A program made the position numbers and the translations under genes. A DNA stretch of 57,959 bases, filler included, from Callorhinchus milii (taxonomy: Eukaryota), in the NCBI RefSeq assembly GCF_018977255.1. It is 2 parts of 2 records of this genome, joined end to end, with 100 filler letters (N's around TTAATTAATTAA, not from the genome) between each part and the next. Parts side by side here need not be neighbours in the genome. Positions count along the whole stretch, not along the records: positions 1 to 28,991 come from NW_024705661.1; 1 more part is not named here. One strand, 5' to 3'. A model generated the notes under the pieces. That model saw nothing but the letters and a program-made list of their open reading frames with translations. It had not been told where the DNA came from and did no database searches. Shown here one piece after another: positions 10,516 through 25,500 of this stretch (position 1 is its first letter; every line of letters begins with the position of its first letter).

Positions 10516-13500
10516 GTGAGTCGGACGCTGAAGCCCCACGCGGGCCCCGTGTGAGTTGGACGCTGAAGCCCCACGCGGGCCCCGTGTGAGTCGGACGCTA
10601 AAGCTCCGCAGTATAAACACTGGGGAGGGGTTGGTGGTGACCATTGTTATAATTACTGTAGGTGTGGGCCAGCATAGGTGTGAGTATAATCGTCGCCTCC
10701 TCATCCCACAACTTCTCCACGGTATCGCGTCTTATTCGAGTCACTCTACTGCTGGATGAGGACCCCCCCACACCGTGTGGGTCGTGGGGGTTATTTGACC
10801 ATACTTCACCACTCTGGGCAGTGCGGGGTTGTGAAGGCGGGGGACAGCATAGGTGGAGTATGTAGGTGCAGTACAACGATGTTTCTGCACAGACCTACAG
10901 ATCACATTGCAGCCCCCGCAGTCTCCAGCACCTGCTGTGATCAGTGGTCGCCGATCCAAGCTCTGATCGCGCTCATTCACAGTGACAACAAATGCTGCTT
11001 CTGAGAATCCATATTTCATCAGCGTTGGAGCAAACAAATACATTGGGCAGGTTATCACTGTCTCATCGCCAAAGTCGGGCCTTGCCAATGGGCCCGTAAT
11101 TATTATATATATTGGGGGGGGGGGGACACATCCCCCCCCCCCCCAATATTCAAATATGCTCAAAATGTCCCCCCCAATATATTGCTATAAAATAGATTTC
11201 TGTTTATATGATTGTGGTTATGGTTGTACTTTATAAATCCCTAATCTCTGCCATTACATACAATGAAACAAGAAAAGATCAAAAATAAAAAACAGAGCAA
11301 TGTAATACAATACAATATTAGACATTATTGTTAAAAATACATAAAATTTAAATCCCACGTGTTAGTGAATTTTTTTCAATATTTTAGGCAAGAAATTTGT
11401 TTTCAAATTTAGATTTTGTTTCTGGGGGTTGACCCCCTGGAAGATTTGGTCCCCCCAATGTTGACTCCATGGCTACAGCCTTGGTGAAATGCCACATGTT
11501 TTATGAGATTGAGATCCATTGCTTAGACGAACTCAATGCTGACATTAAAACCGAATCACTTATTGCAGACATTGTAAGAAGCACCGCTGCAGGCATAACC
11601 GTGCCAAGAATGGCATTGATGACCACGCCGATGCATCCTCTCCCACCACCAGCGAACGCTCGGCGTCACCGGTGGTGCAGGAAGGTGCAGCCACCTCGGG
11701 CTCGTGTGGAAAGGTAAGAATCATCACCATCATCGTCTCACACGAACACAACATCTCGTGCATTCAGCCACATGGTAACCGACATAGAACCATCCACCGC
11801 GGAGATGGAATTATAAAATAAGTTTGTGTGTAGGTGCCAGCTGGACTCTTTTGCATTGTCGGACTGTGAGAGAATTATTTTGAATTTTTGGACTCTGAAA
11901 GGGAGTGACAGATTGGGGAGGCCTTCATCCAACATCAGTTTGACTATGGCTGATGATTATATAACTGACAATTGTTGAATGATTCCTCTGTCATCATATC
12001 ATCACCAGCTATTTTCTATCCACTTCCAAATGACGGCCCGACACACATCACCACTCCCCATCACATTCACGCAATGCCTCAATGTTTCTGGCTCCTGCAC
12101 GAGCACTGAACTCATTGCTCCATCTCCGCGGTGGCCGTCCTCTTTCCATTTTGGCTGCCATTCAATTACCAACCCCGTCCATCTGTTCTCGCAATGTATC
12201 CTGCACAATCCAGGTTCATCGGAACGGCTAATTGCATGGTTCAAACGTGACTTTCTACGCGTCTTGGTGCACACTTTAGCTTGCGCTCCCTTATCTCTGC
12301 ACTACACGTGTGCACTCTCTATCTAGTGCGTAAACCATGAACGTGATTCCCTCGACAGGAGGCGCCGGCAGAGTGCCAGGTCATTGTGCCGCTCTCCCCA
12401 CTTGACATCGCTGGACGACCATTGCCCGATGGGGATGTCGAGCCCCCCCACGTCTCCGCTGAGAAACCCCTTCTCCTGGTCGAGGAGAAGGTACCCAGTG
12501 TGGAGGAGGCGGAGCGACGCGACAATGAGCCGGAAGTCAGGTAGGGAGGGGAGTGGGAGATGCAGCAGTGGCGGTGGGTGCTGGGGTCTGGTTAGGGAGA
12601 ACCAGTCGTCTGGACAGGCAGTTAGACAATTACTGTAGGTGTGGGCCAGCATAGGTGTGAGTATAATCGTAACCTCCTCATCCCACAACTTCTCCACGGT
12701 GTCGCATCTTATTCGAGTCACTCTACTGCTGGATGAGGACCCCCCCACACCGTGTGGGTCGTGGGGGTTATTTGACCATACTTCACCACTCTGGGCAGTG
12801 CGGGGTTGTGAAGGCGGGCGACAGCATAGGTGGAGTATGTAAGTGCAGTACAACGATGTTTCTGCACAGACCTACAGATCACATTGCAGCCCCCGCAGTC
12901 TCCAGCACCTGCTGTGATCAGTGGTCGCCGATCCAAGCTCTGATCGCGCTCATTCACAGTGACAACAAATGCTGCTTCTGAGAATCCGTACTTTCATCAG
13001 CGTTGGAGCAAACAAATACATTGGGCAGGTTGTTATCACTGTCTCATCGCCAAAGTCGGGCTCGCTTGACCCAGTACTGGTGAAATGCAAGGCCAATATT
13101 CAAATATGCTCAAAATGTCCCCCCCAATATATTGCTATAAAATAGATTTCTGTTTATATGACTGTGGTTATGGTTGTACTTTATTAATCCCTAATCTCTG
13201 CCATTACTTACAATGAAACAAGAAAAGATGAAAAATAAAAAACAGAGCAATGTAATACAATACAATATTAGACATTATTGTTAAAAATACATAAAATTTA
13301 AATCCCATGTGTTAGTGAATTTTTTTCAATATTTTAGGCAAGAAATTAGTTTTCAAATTTAGATTTTGTTTCTGGGGGTTGACCCCCTGGAAGATTTGGT
13401 CCCCCCAATGTTGACTCCATGGCTACAGCCTTGGTGAAATGCCACATGTTTTATGAGATTGAGATCCATTGCTTAGACGAACTCAATGCTGACATTAAAA

Positions 13501-16500
13501 CCGAATCACTTATTGCAGACATTGTAAGAAGCACCGCCGCAGGCATAACCGTGCCAAGAATGGCATTGATGACCACGCCGATGCATCCTCTCCCACCACC
13601 AGCGAACGCTCGGCGTCACCGGTGGTGCAGGAAGGTTCAGCCACCTCGGGCTCGTGTGGAAAGGTAAGAATCATCACTATCATCGTCTCACACGAACACA
13701 ACATCTCGTGCATTCAGCCACATGGTAACCGACATAGAACCATCCACCGCGGAGATGGAATTATAAAATAAGTTTGTGTGTAGGTACCAGCTGGACTCTT
13801 TTGCATTGTCGGACTGTGAGAGAATTATTTTGAATTTTTGGACTCTGAGAGGGAGTGACAGATTGGGGAGGCCTTCATCCAACATCAGTTTGACTATGGC
13901 TGATGATTATATAACTGACAATTGTTGAATGATTCCTCTGTCATCATATCATCACCAGCTATTTTCTATCCACTTCCAAATGACGGCCCGACACACATCA
14001 CCACTCCCCATCACATTCACGCAATGCCTCAATGTTTCTGGCTCCTGCACGAGCATTGAACTCATTGCTCCATCTCCACGGTGTCCGCCTTTTTCCTTTT
14101 TGGCTGCCATTCAATTACCAACCCCGTCCATCTGTTCTCGCAATGTATCCTGCACAATCCAGGTTCATCGGAACGGCTAATTGCATGGTTCAAACGTGAC
14201 TTTCTACGCGTCTTGGTGCACACTTTAGCTTGCGCTCCCTTATCTCTGCACTACACGTGTGCACTCTCTATCTAGTGCGTAAACCATGAACGTGATTCCC
14301 TCGACAGGAGGCGCCGGCAGAGTGCCAGGTCATTGTGCCGCTCTCCCCACTTGACATCGCTGGACGACCATTGCCCGATGGGGATGTCGAGCCCCCCCAC
14401 GCCTCCGCTGAGAAACCCCTTCTCCTGGTCGAGGAGAAGGTACCCAGCGTGGAGGAGGCGGAGCGACGCGACAATGAGCCGGAAGTCAGGTAGGGAGGGG
14501 AGTGGGAGATGCAGCAGTAGCGGTGGGTGCTGGGGTCTGGTTAGGGAGAACCAGTCGTCTGGACAGGCAGTTAGACAATTACTGTAGGTGTGGGCCAGCA
14601 TAGGTGTGAGTATAATCGTAACCTCCTCATCCCACAACTTCTCCACGGTGTCGTGTTTTATTCGAGTCACTCTACTGCTGGATGAGGACCCCCCCACACC
14701 GTGTGGGTCGTGGGGGTTATTTGACCATACTTCACCACTCTGGGCAGTGCGGGGTTGTGAAGGCGGGGGACAGCATAGGTGTGGAGTATGTAAGTGCAGT
14801 ACAACGATGTTTCTGCACAGACCTACAGATCACATTGCAGCCCCCGCAGTCTCCAGCAGCTGCTGTGATCAGTGGTCGCCGATCCAAGCTCTGATCGCGC
14901 TCATTCACAGTGACAACAAATGCTGCTTCTGAGAATCCGTACTTTCATCAGCGTTGGAGCAAACAAATACATTGGGCAGGTTGTTATCACTGTCTCATCG
15001 CCAAAGTCGGGCTCGCTTGACCCAGTACTGGTGAAATGCAAGGCCAATATTCAAATATGCTCAAAATGTCCCCCCCAATATATTGCTATAAAATAGATTT
15101 CTGTTTATATGACTGTGGTTATGGTTGTACTTTATTAATCCCTAATCTCTGCCATTACTTACAATGAAACAAGAAAAGATGAAAAATAAAAAACAGAGCA
15201 ATGTAATACAATACAATATTAGACATTATTGTTAAAAATACATAAAATTTAAATCCCATGTGTTAGTGAATTTTTTTCAATATTTTAGGCAAGAAATTAG
15301 TTTTCAAATTTAGATTTTGTTTCTGGGGGTTGACCCCCTGGAAGATTTGGTCCCCCCAATGTTGACTCCATGGCTACAGCCTTGGTGAAATGCCACATGT
15401 TTTATGAGATTGAGATCCATTGCTTAGACGAACTCAATGCTGACATTAAAACCGAATCACTTATTGCAGACATTGTAAGAAGCACCGCCGCAGGCATAAC
15501 CGTGCCAAGAATGGCATTGATGACCACGCCGATGCATCCTCTCCCACCACCAGCGAACGCTCGGCGTCACCGGTGGTGCAGGAAGGTTCAGCCACCTCGG
15601 GCTCGTGTGGAAAGGTAAGAATCATCACTATCATCGTCTCACACGAACACAACATCTCGTGCATTCAGCCACATGGTAACCGACATAGAACCATCCACCG
15701 CGGAGATGGAATTATAAAATAAGTTTGTGTGTAGGTACCAGCTGGACTCTTTTGCATTGTCGGACTGTGAGAGAATTATTTTGAATTTTTGGACTCTGAG
15801 AGGGAGTGACAGATTGGGGAGGCCTTCATCCAACATCAGTTTGACTATGGCTGATGATTATATAACTGACAATTGTTGAATGATTCCTCTGTCATCATAT
15901 CATCACCAGCTATTTTCTATCCACTTCCAAATGACGGCCCGACACACATCACCACTCCCCATCACATTCACGCAATGCCTCAATGTTTCTGGCTCCTGCA
16001 CGAGCATTGAACTCATTGCTCCATCTCCACGGTGTCCGCCTTTTTCCTTTTTGGCTGCCATTCAATTACCAACCCCGTCCATCTGTTCTCGCAATGTATC
16101 CTGCACAATCCAGGTTCATCGGAACGGCTAATTGCATGGTTCAAACGTGACTTTCTACGCGTCTTGGTGCACACTTTAGCTTGCGCTCCCTTATCTCTGC
16201 ACTACACGTGTGCACTCTCTATCTAGTGCGTAAACCATGAACGTGATTCCCTCGACAGGAGGCGCCGGCAGAGTGCCAGGTCATTGTGCCGCTCTCCCCA
16301 CTTGACATCGCTGGACGACCATTGCCCGATGGGGATGTCGAGCCCCCCCACGCCTCCGCTGAGAAACCCCTTCTCCTGGTCGAGGAGAAGGTACCCAGCG
16401 TGGAGGAGGCGGAGCGACGCGACAATGAGCCGGAAGTCAGGTAGGGAGGGGAGTGGGAGATGCAGCAGTAGCGGTGGGTGCTGGGGTCTGGTTAGGGAGA

Positions 16501-19500
16501 ACCAGTCGTCTGGACAGGCAGTTAGACAATTACTGTAGGTGTGGGCCAGCATAGGTGTGAGTATAATCGTAACCTCCTCATCCCACAACTTCTCCACGGT
16601 GTCGTGTTTTATTCGAGTCACTCTACTGCTGGATGAGGACCCCCCCACACCGTGTGGGTCGTGGGGGTTATTTGACCATACTTCACCACTCTGGGCAGTG
16701 CGGGGTTGTGAAGGCGGGGGACAGCATAGGTGGAGTATGTAAGTGCAGTACAACGATGTTTCTGCACAGACCTACAGATCACATTGCAGCCCCCGCAGTC
16801 TCCAGCAGCTGCTGTGATCAGTGGTCGCCGATCCAAGCTCTGATCGCGCTCATTCACAGTGACAACAAATGCTGCTTCTGAGAATCCGTACTTTCATCAG
16901 CGTTGGAGCAAACAAATACATTGGGCAGGTTGTTATCACTGTCTCATCGCCAAAGTCGGGCTCGCTTGACCCAGTACTGGTGAAATGCAAGGCCAATATT
17001 CAAATATGCTCAAAATGTCCCCCCCAATATATTGCTATAAAATAGATTTCTGTTTATATGACTGTGGTTATGGTTGTACTTTATTAATCCCTAATCTCTG
17101 CCATTACTTACAATGAAACAAGAAAAGATGAAAAATAAAAAACAGAGCAATGTAATACAATACAATATTAGACATTATTGTTAAAAATACATAAAATTTA
17201 AATCCCATGTGTTAGTGAATTTTTTTCAATATTTTAGGCAAGAAATTAGTTTTCAAATTTAGATTTTGTTTCTGGGGGTTGACCCCCTGGAAGATTTGGT
17301 CCCCCCAATGTTGACTCCATGGCTACAGCCTTGGTGAAATGCCACATGTTTTATGAGATTGAGATCCATTGCTTAGACGAACTCAATGCTGACATTAAAA
17401 CCGAATCACTTATTGCAGACATTGTAAGAAGCACCGCCGCAGGCATAACCGTGCCAAGAATGGCATTGATGACCACGCCGATGCATCCTCTCCCACCACC
17501 AGCGAACGCTCGGCGTCACCGGTGGTGCAGGAAGGTTCAGCCACCTCGGGCTCGTGTGGAAAGGTAAGAATCATCACTATCATCGTCTCACACGAACACA
17601 ACATCTCGTGCATTCAGCCACATGGTAACCGACATAGAACCATCCACCGCGGAGATGGAATTATAAAATAAGTTTGTGTGTAGGTACCAGCTGGACTCTT
17701 TTGCATTGTCGGACTGTGAGAGAATTATTTTGAATTTTTGGACTCTGAGAGGGAGTGACAGATTGGGGAGGCCTTCATCCAACATCAGTTTGACTATGGC
17801 TGATGATTATATAACTGACAATTGTTGAATGATTCCTCTGTCATCATATCATCACCAGCTATTTTCTATCCACTTCCAAATGACGGCCCGACACACATCA
17901 CCACTCCCCATCACATTCACGCAATGCCTCAATGTTTCTGGCTCCTGCACGAGCATTGAACTCATTGCTCCATCTCCACGGTGTCCGCCTTTTTCCTTTT
18001 TGGCTGCCATTCAATTACCAACCCCGTCCATCTGTTCTCGCAATGTATCCTGCACAATCCAGGTTCATCGGAACGGCTAATTGCATGGTTCAAACGTGAC
18101 TTTCTACGCGTCTTGGTGCACACTTTAGCTTGCGCTCCCTTATCTCTGCACTACACGTGTGCACTCTCTATCTAGTGCGTAAACCATGAACGTGATTCCC
18201 TCGACAGGAGGCGCCGGCAGAGTGCCAGGTCATTGTGCCGCTCTCCCCACTTGACATCGCTGGACGACCATTGCCCGATGGGGATGTCGAGCCCCCCCAC
18301 GCCTCCGCTGAGAAACCCCTTCTCCTGGTCGAGGAGAAGGTACCCAGCGTGGAGGAGGCGGAGCGACGCGACAATGAGCCGGAAGTCAGGTAGGGAGGGG
18401 AGTGGGAGATGCAGCAGTAGCGGTGGGTGCTGGGGTCTGGTTAGGGAGAACCAGTCGTCTGGACAGGCAGTTAGACAATTACTGTAGGTGTGGGCCAGCA
18501 TAGGTGTGAGTATAATCGTAACCTCCTCATCCCACAACTTCTCCACGGTGTCGTGTTTTATTCGAGTCACTCTACTGCTGGATGAGGACCCCCCCACACC
18601 GTGTGGGTCGTGGGGGTTATTTGACCATACTTCACCACTCTGGGCAGTGCGGGGTTGTGAAGGCGGGGACAGCATAGGTGGAGTATGTAAGTGCAGTACA
18701 ACGATGTTTCTGCACAGACCTACAGATCACATTGCAGCCCCCGCAGTCTCCAGCAGCTGCTGTGATCAGTGGTCGCCGATCCAAGCTCTGATCGCGCTCA
18801 TTCACAGTGACAACAAATGCTGCTTCTGAGAATCCGTACTTTCATCAGCGTTGGAGCAAACAAATACATTGGGCAGGTTGTTATCACTGTCTCATCGCCA
18901 AAGTCGGGCTCGCTTGACCCAGTACTGGTGAAATGCAAGGCCAATATTCAAATATGCTCAAAATGTCCCCCCCAATATATTGCTATAAAATAGATTTCTG
19001 TTTATATGACTGTGGTTATGGTTGTACTTTATTAATCCCTAATCTCTGCCATTACTTACAATGAAACAAGAAAAGATGAAAAATAAAAAACAGAGCAATG
19101 TAATACAATACAATATTAGACATTATTGTTAAAAATACATAAAATTTAAATCCCATGTGTTAGTGAATTTTTTTCAATATTTTAGGCAAGAAATTAGTTT
19201 TCAAATTTAGATTTTGTTTCTGGGGGTTGACCCCCTGGAAGATTTGGTCCCCCCAATGTTGACTCCATGGCTACAGCCTTGGTGAAATGCCACATGTTTT
19301 ATGAGATTGAGATCCATTGCTTAGACGAACTCAATGCTGACATTAAAACCGAATCACTTATTGCAGACATTGTAAGAAGCACCGCCGCAGGCATAACCGT
19401 GCCAAGAATGGCATTGATGACCACGCCGATGCATCCTCTCCCACCACCAGCGAACGCTCGGCGTCACCGGTGGTGCAGGAAGGTTCAGCCACCTCGGGCT

Positions 19501-22500
19501 CGTGTGGAAAGGTAAGAATCATCACTATCATCGTCTCACACGAACACAACATCTCGTGCATTCAGCCACATGGTAACCGACATAGAACCATCCACCGCGG
19601 AGATGGAATTATAAAATAAGTTTGTGTGTAGGTACCAGCTGGACTCTTTTGCATTGTCGGACTGTGAGAGAATTATTTTGAATTTTTGGACTCTGAGAGG
19701 GAGTGACAGATTGGGGAGGCCTTCATCCAACATCAGTTTGACTATGGCTGATGATTATATAACTGACAATTGTTGAATGATTCCTCTGTCATCATATCAT
19801 CACCAGCTATTTTCTATCCACTTCCAAATGACGGCCCGACACACATCACCACTCCCCATCACATTCACGCAATGCCTCAATGTTTCTGGCTCCTGCACGA
19901 GCATTGAACTCATTGCTCCATCTCCACGGTGTCCGCCTTTTTCCTTTTTGGCTGCCATTCAATTACCAACCCCGTCCATCTGTTCTCGCAATGTATCCTG
20001 CACAATCCAGGTTCATCGGAACGGCTAATTGCATGGTTCAAACGTGACTTTCTACGCGTCTTGGTGCACACTTTAGCTTGCGCTCCCTTATCTCTGCACT
20101 ACACGTGTGCACTCTCTATCTAGTGCGTAAACCATGAACGTGATTCCCTCGACAGGAGGCGCCGGCAGAGTGCCAGGTCATTGTGCCGCTCTCCCCACTT
20201 GACATCGCTGGACGACCATTGCCCGATGGGGATGTCGAGCCCCCCCACGCCTCCGCTGAGAAACCCCTTCTCCTGGTCGAGGAGAAGGTACCCAGCGTGG
20301 AGGAGGCGGAGCGACGCGACAATGAGCCGGAAGTCAGGTAGGGAGGGGAGTGGGAGATGCAGCAGTAGCGGTGGGTGCTGGGGTCTGGTTAGGGAGAACC
20401 AGTCGTCTGGACAGGCAGTTAGACAATTACTGTAGGTGTGGGCCAGCATAGGTGTGAGTATAATCGTAACCTCCTCATCCCACAACTTCTCCACGGTGTC
20501 GTGTTTTATTCGAGTCACTCTACTGCTGGATGAGGACCCCCCCACACCGTGTGGGTCGTGGGGGTTATTTGACCATACTTCACCACTCTGGGCAGTGCGG
20601 GGTTGTGAAGGCGGGGGACAGCATAGGTGGAGTATGTAAGTGCAGTACAACGATGTTTCTGCACAGACCTACAGATCACATTGCAGCCCCCGCAGTCTCC
20701 AGCAGCTGCTGTGATCAGTGGTCGCCGATCCAAGCTCTGATCGCGCTCATTCACAGTGACAACAAATGCTGCTTCTGAGAATCCGTACTTTCATCAGCGT
20801 TGGAGCAAACAAATACATTGGGCAGGTTGTTATCACTGTCTCATCGCCAAAGTCGGGCTCGCTTGACCCAGTACTGGTGAAATGCAAGGCCAATATTCAA
20901 ATATGCTCAAAATGTCCCCCCCAATATATTGCTATAAAATAGATTTCTGTTTATATGACTGTGGTTATGGTTGTACTTTATTAATCCCTAATCTCTGCCA
21001 TTACTTACAATGAAACAAGAAAAGATGAAAAATAAAAAACAGAGCAATGTAATACAATACAATATTAGACATTATTGTTAAAAATACATAAAATTTAAAT
21101 CCCATGTGTTAGTGAATTTTTTTCAATATTTTAGGCAAGAAATTAGTTTTCAAATTTAGATTTTGTTTCTGGGGGTTGACCCCCTGGAAGATTTGGTCCC
21201 CCCAATGTTGACTCCATGGCTACAGCCTTGGTGAAATGCCACATGTTTTATGAGATTGAGATCCATTGCTTAGACGAACTCAATGCTGACATTAAAACCG
21301 AATCACTTATTGCAGACATTGTAAGAAGCACCGCCGCAGGCATAACCGTGCCAAGAATGGCATTGATGACCACGCCGATGCATCCTCTCCCACCACCAGC
21401 GAACGCTCGGCGTCACCGGTGGTGCAGGAAGGTTCAGCCACCTCGGGCTCGTGTGGAAAGGTAAGAATCATCACTATCATCGTCTCACACGAACACAACA
21501 TCTCGTGCATTCAGCCACATGGTAACCGACATAGAACCATCCACCGCGGAGATGGAATTATAAAATAAGTTTGTGTGTAGGTACCAGCTGGACTCTTTTG
21601 CATTGTCGGACTGTGAGAGAATTATTTTGAATTTTTGGACTCTGAGAGGGAGTGACAGATTGGGGAGGCCTTCATCCAACATCAGTTTGACTATGGCTGA
21701 TGATTATATAACTGACAATTGTTGAATGATTCCTCTGTCATCATATCATCACCAGCTATTTTCTATCCACTTCCAAATGACGGCCCGACACACATCACCA
21801 CTCCCCATCACATTCACGCAATGCCTCAATGTTTCTGGCTCCTGCACGAGCATTGAACTCATTGCTCCATCTCCACGGTGTCCGCCTTTTTCCTTTTTGG
21901 CTGCCATTCAATTACCAACCCCGTCCATCTGTTCTCGCAATGTATCCTGCACAATCCAGGTTCATCGGAACGGCTAATTGCATGGTTCAAACGTGACTTT
22001 CTACGCGTCTTGGTGCACACTTTAGCTTGCGCTCCCTTATCTCTGCACTACACGTGTGCACTCTCTATCTAGTGCGTAAACCATGAACGTGATTCCCTCG
22101 ACAGGAGGCGCCGGCAGAGTGCCAGGTCATTGTGCCGCTCTCCCCACTTGACATCGCTGGACGACCATTGCCCGATGGGGATGTCGAGCCCCCCCACGCC
22201 TCCGCTGAGAAACCCCTTCTCCTGGTCGAGGAGAAGGTACCCAGCGTGGAGGAGGCGGAGCGACGCGACAATGAGCCGGAAGTCAGGTAGGGAGGGGAGT
22301 GGGAGATGCAGCAGTAGCGGTGGGTGCTGGGGTCTGGTTAGGGAGAACCAGTCGTCTGGACAGGCAGTTAGACAATTACTGTAGGTGTGGGCCAGCATAG
22401 GTGTGAGTATAATCGTAACCTCCTCATCCCACAACTTCTCCACGGTGTCGTCTTTTATTCGAGTCACTCTACTGCTGGATGAGGACCCCCCCACACCGTG

Positions 22501-25500
22501 TGGGTCGTGGGGGTTATTTGACCATACTTCACCACTCTGGGCAGTGCGGGGTTGTGAAGGCGGGGGACAGCATAGGTGGAGTATGTAAGTGCAGTACAAC
22601 GATGTTTCTGCACAGACCTACAGATCACATTGCAGCCCCCGCAGTCTCCAGCAGCTGCTGTGATCAGTGGTCGCCGATCCAAGCTCTGATCGCGCTCATT
22701 CACAGTGACAACAAATGCTGCTTCTGAGAATCCGTACTTTCATCAGCGTTGGAGCAAACAAATACATTGGGCAGGTTGTTATCACTGTCTCATCGCCAAA
22801 GTCGGGCTCGCTTGACCCAGTACTGGTGAAATGCAAGGCCAATATTCAAATATGCTCAAAATGTCCCCCCCAATATATTGCTATAAAATAGATTTCTGTT
22901 TATATGACTGTGGTTATGGTTGTACTTTATTAATCCCTAATCTCTGCCATTACTTACAATGAAACAAGAAAAGATGAAAAATAAAAAACAGAGCAATGTA
23001 ATACAATACAATATTAGACATTATTGTTAAAAATACATAAAATTTAAATCCCATGTGTTAGTGAATTTTTTTCAATATTTTAGGCAAGAAATTAGTTTTC
23101 AAATTTAGATTTTGTTTCTGGGGGTTGACCCCCTGGAAGATTTGGTCCCCCCAATGTTGACTCCATGGCTACAGCCTTGGTGAAATGCCACATGTTTTAT
23201 GAGATTGAGATCCATTGCTTAGACGAACTCAATGCTGACATTAAAACCGAATCACTTATTGCAGACATTGTAAGAAGCACCGCCGCAGGCATAACCGTGC
23301 CAAGAATGGCATTGATGACCACGCCGATGCATCCTCTCCCACCACCAGCGAACGCTCGGCGTCACCGGTGGTGCAGGAAGGTTCAGCCACCTCGGGCTCG
23401 TGTGGAAAGGTAAGAATCATCACTATCATCGTCTCACACGAACACAACATCTCGTGCATTCAGCCACATGGTAACCGACATAGAACCATCCACCGCGGAG
23501 ATGGAATTATAAAATAAGTTTGTGTGTAGGTACCAGCTGGACTCTTTTGCATTGTCGGACTGTGAGAGAATTATTTTGAATTTTTGGACTCTGAGAGGGA
23601 GTGACAGATTGGGGAGGCCTTCATCCAACATCAGTTTGACTATGGCTGATGATTATATAACTGACAATTGTTGAATGATTCCTCTGTCATCATATCATCA
23701 CCAGCTATTTTCTATCCACTTCCAAATGACGGCCCGACACACATCACCACTCCCCATCACATTCACGCAATGCCTCAATGTTTCTGGCTCCTGCACGAGC
23801 ATTGAACTCATTGCTCCATCTCCACGGTGTCCGCCTTTTTCCTTTTTGGCTGCCATTCAATTACCAACCCCGTCCATCTGTTCTCGCAATGTATCCTGCA
23901 CAATCCAGGTTCATCGGAACGGCTAATTGCATGGTTCAAACGTGACTTTCTACGCGTCTTGGTGCACACTTTAGCTTGCGCTCCCTTATCTCTGCACTAC
24001 ACGTGTGCACTCTCTATCTAGTGCGTAAACCATGAACGTGATTCCCTCGACAGGAGGCGCCGGCAGAGTGCCAGGTCATTGTGCCGCTCTCCCCACTTGA
24101 CATCGCTGGACGACCATTGCCCGATGGGGATGTCGAGCCCCCCCACGCCTCCGCTGAGAAACCCCTTCTCCTGGTCGAGGAGAAGGTACCCAGCGTGGAG
24201 GAGGCGGAGCGACGCGACAATGAGCCGGAAGTCAGGTAGGGAGGGGAGTGGGAGATGCAGCAGTAGCGGTGGGTGCTGGGGTCTGGTTAGGGAGAACCAG
24301 TCGTCTGGACAGGCAGTTAGACAATTACTGTAGGTGTGGGCCAGCATAGGTGTGAGTATAATCGTAACCTCCTCATCCCACAACTTCTCCACGGTGTCGT
24401 GTTTTATTCGAGTCACTCTACTGCTGGATGAGGACCCCCCCACACCGTGTGGGTCGTGGGGGTTATTTGACCATACTTCACCACTCTGGGCAGTGCGGGG
24501 TTGTGAAGGCGGGGACAGCATAGGTGGAGTATGTAAGTGCAGTACAACGATGTTTCTGCACAGACCTACAGATCACATTGCAGCCCCCGCAGTCTCCAGC
24601 AGCTGCTGTGATCAGTGGTCGCCGATCCAAGCTCTGATCGCGCTCATTCACAGTGACAACAAATGCTGCTTCTGAGAATCCGTACTTTCATCAGCGTTGG
24701 AGCAAACAAATACATTGGGCAGGTTGTTATCACTGTCTCATCGCCAAAGTCGGGCTCGCTTGACCCAGTACTGGTGAAATGCAAGGCCAATATTCAAATA
24801 TGCTCAAAATGTCCCCCCCAATATATTGCTATAAAATAGATTTCTGTTTATATGACTGTGGTTATGGTTGTACTTTATTAATCCCTAATCTCTGCCATTA
24901 CTTACAATGAAACAAGAAAAGATGAAAAATAAAAAACAGAGCAATGTAATACAATACAATATTAGACATTATTGTTAAAAATACATAAAATTTAAATCCC
25001 ATGTGTTAGTGAATTTTTTTCAATATTTTAGGCAAGAAATTAGTTTTCAAATTTAGATTTTGTTTCTGGGGGTTGACCCCCTGGAAGATTTGGTCCCCCC
25101 AATGTTGACTCCATGGCTACAGCCTTGGTGAAATGCCACATGTTTTATGAGATTGAGATCCATTGCTTAGACGAACTCAATGCTGACATTAAAACCGAAT
25201 CACTTATTGCAGACATTGTAAGAAGCACCGCCGCAGGCATAACCGTGCCAAGAATGGCATTGATGACCACGCCGATGCATCCTCTCCCACCACCAGCGAA
25301 CGCTCGGCGTCACCGGTGGTGCAGGAAGGTTCAGCCACCTCGGGCTCGTGTGGAAAGGTAAGAATCATCACTATCATCGTCTCACACGAACACAACATCT
25401 CGTGCATTCAGCCACATGGTAACCGACATAGAACCATCCACCGCGGAGATGGAATTATAAAATAAGTTTGTGTGTAGGTACCAGCTGGACTCTTTTGCAT

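Noticed and set aside
12940..13520. Frame restored by removing the hAT insert (...FISVGANKYIGQVVITVSSPKSGSLDPVLVKCHMFYEIEIH...), vaguely like a viral jelly-roll capsid strand pattern
   Set aside because: It needs a stop and a frameshift repaired, has no diagnostic motif and lies in the predicted intron. An HHpred search would be needed before making any claim.
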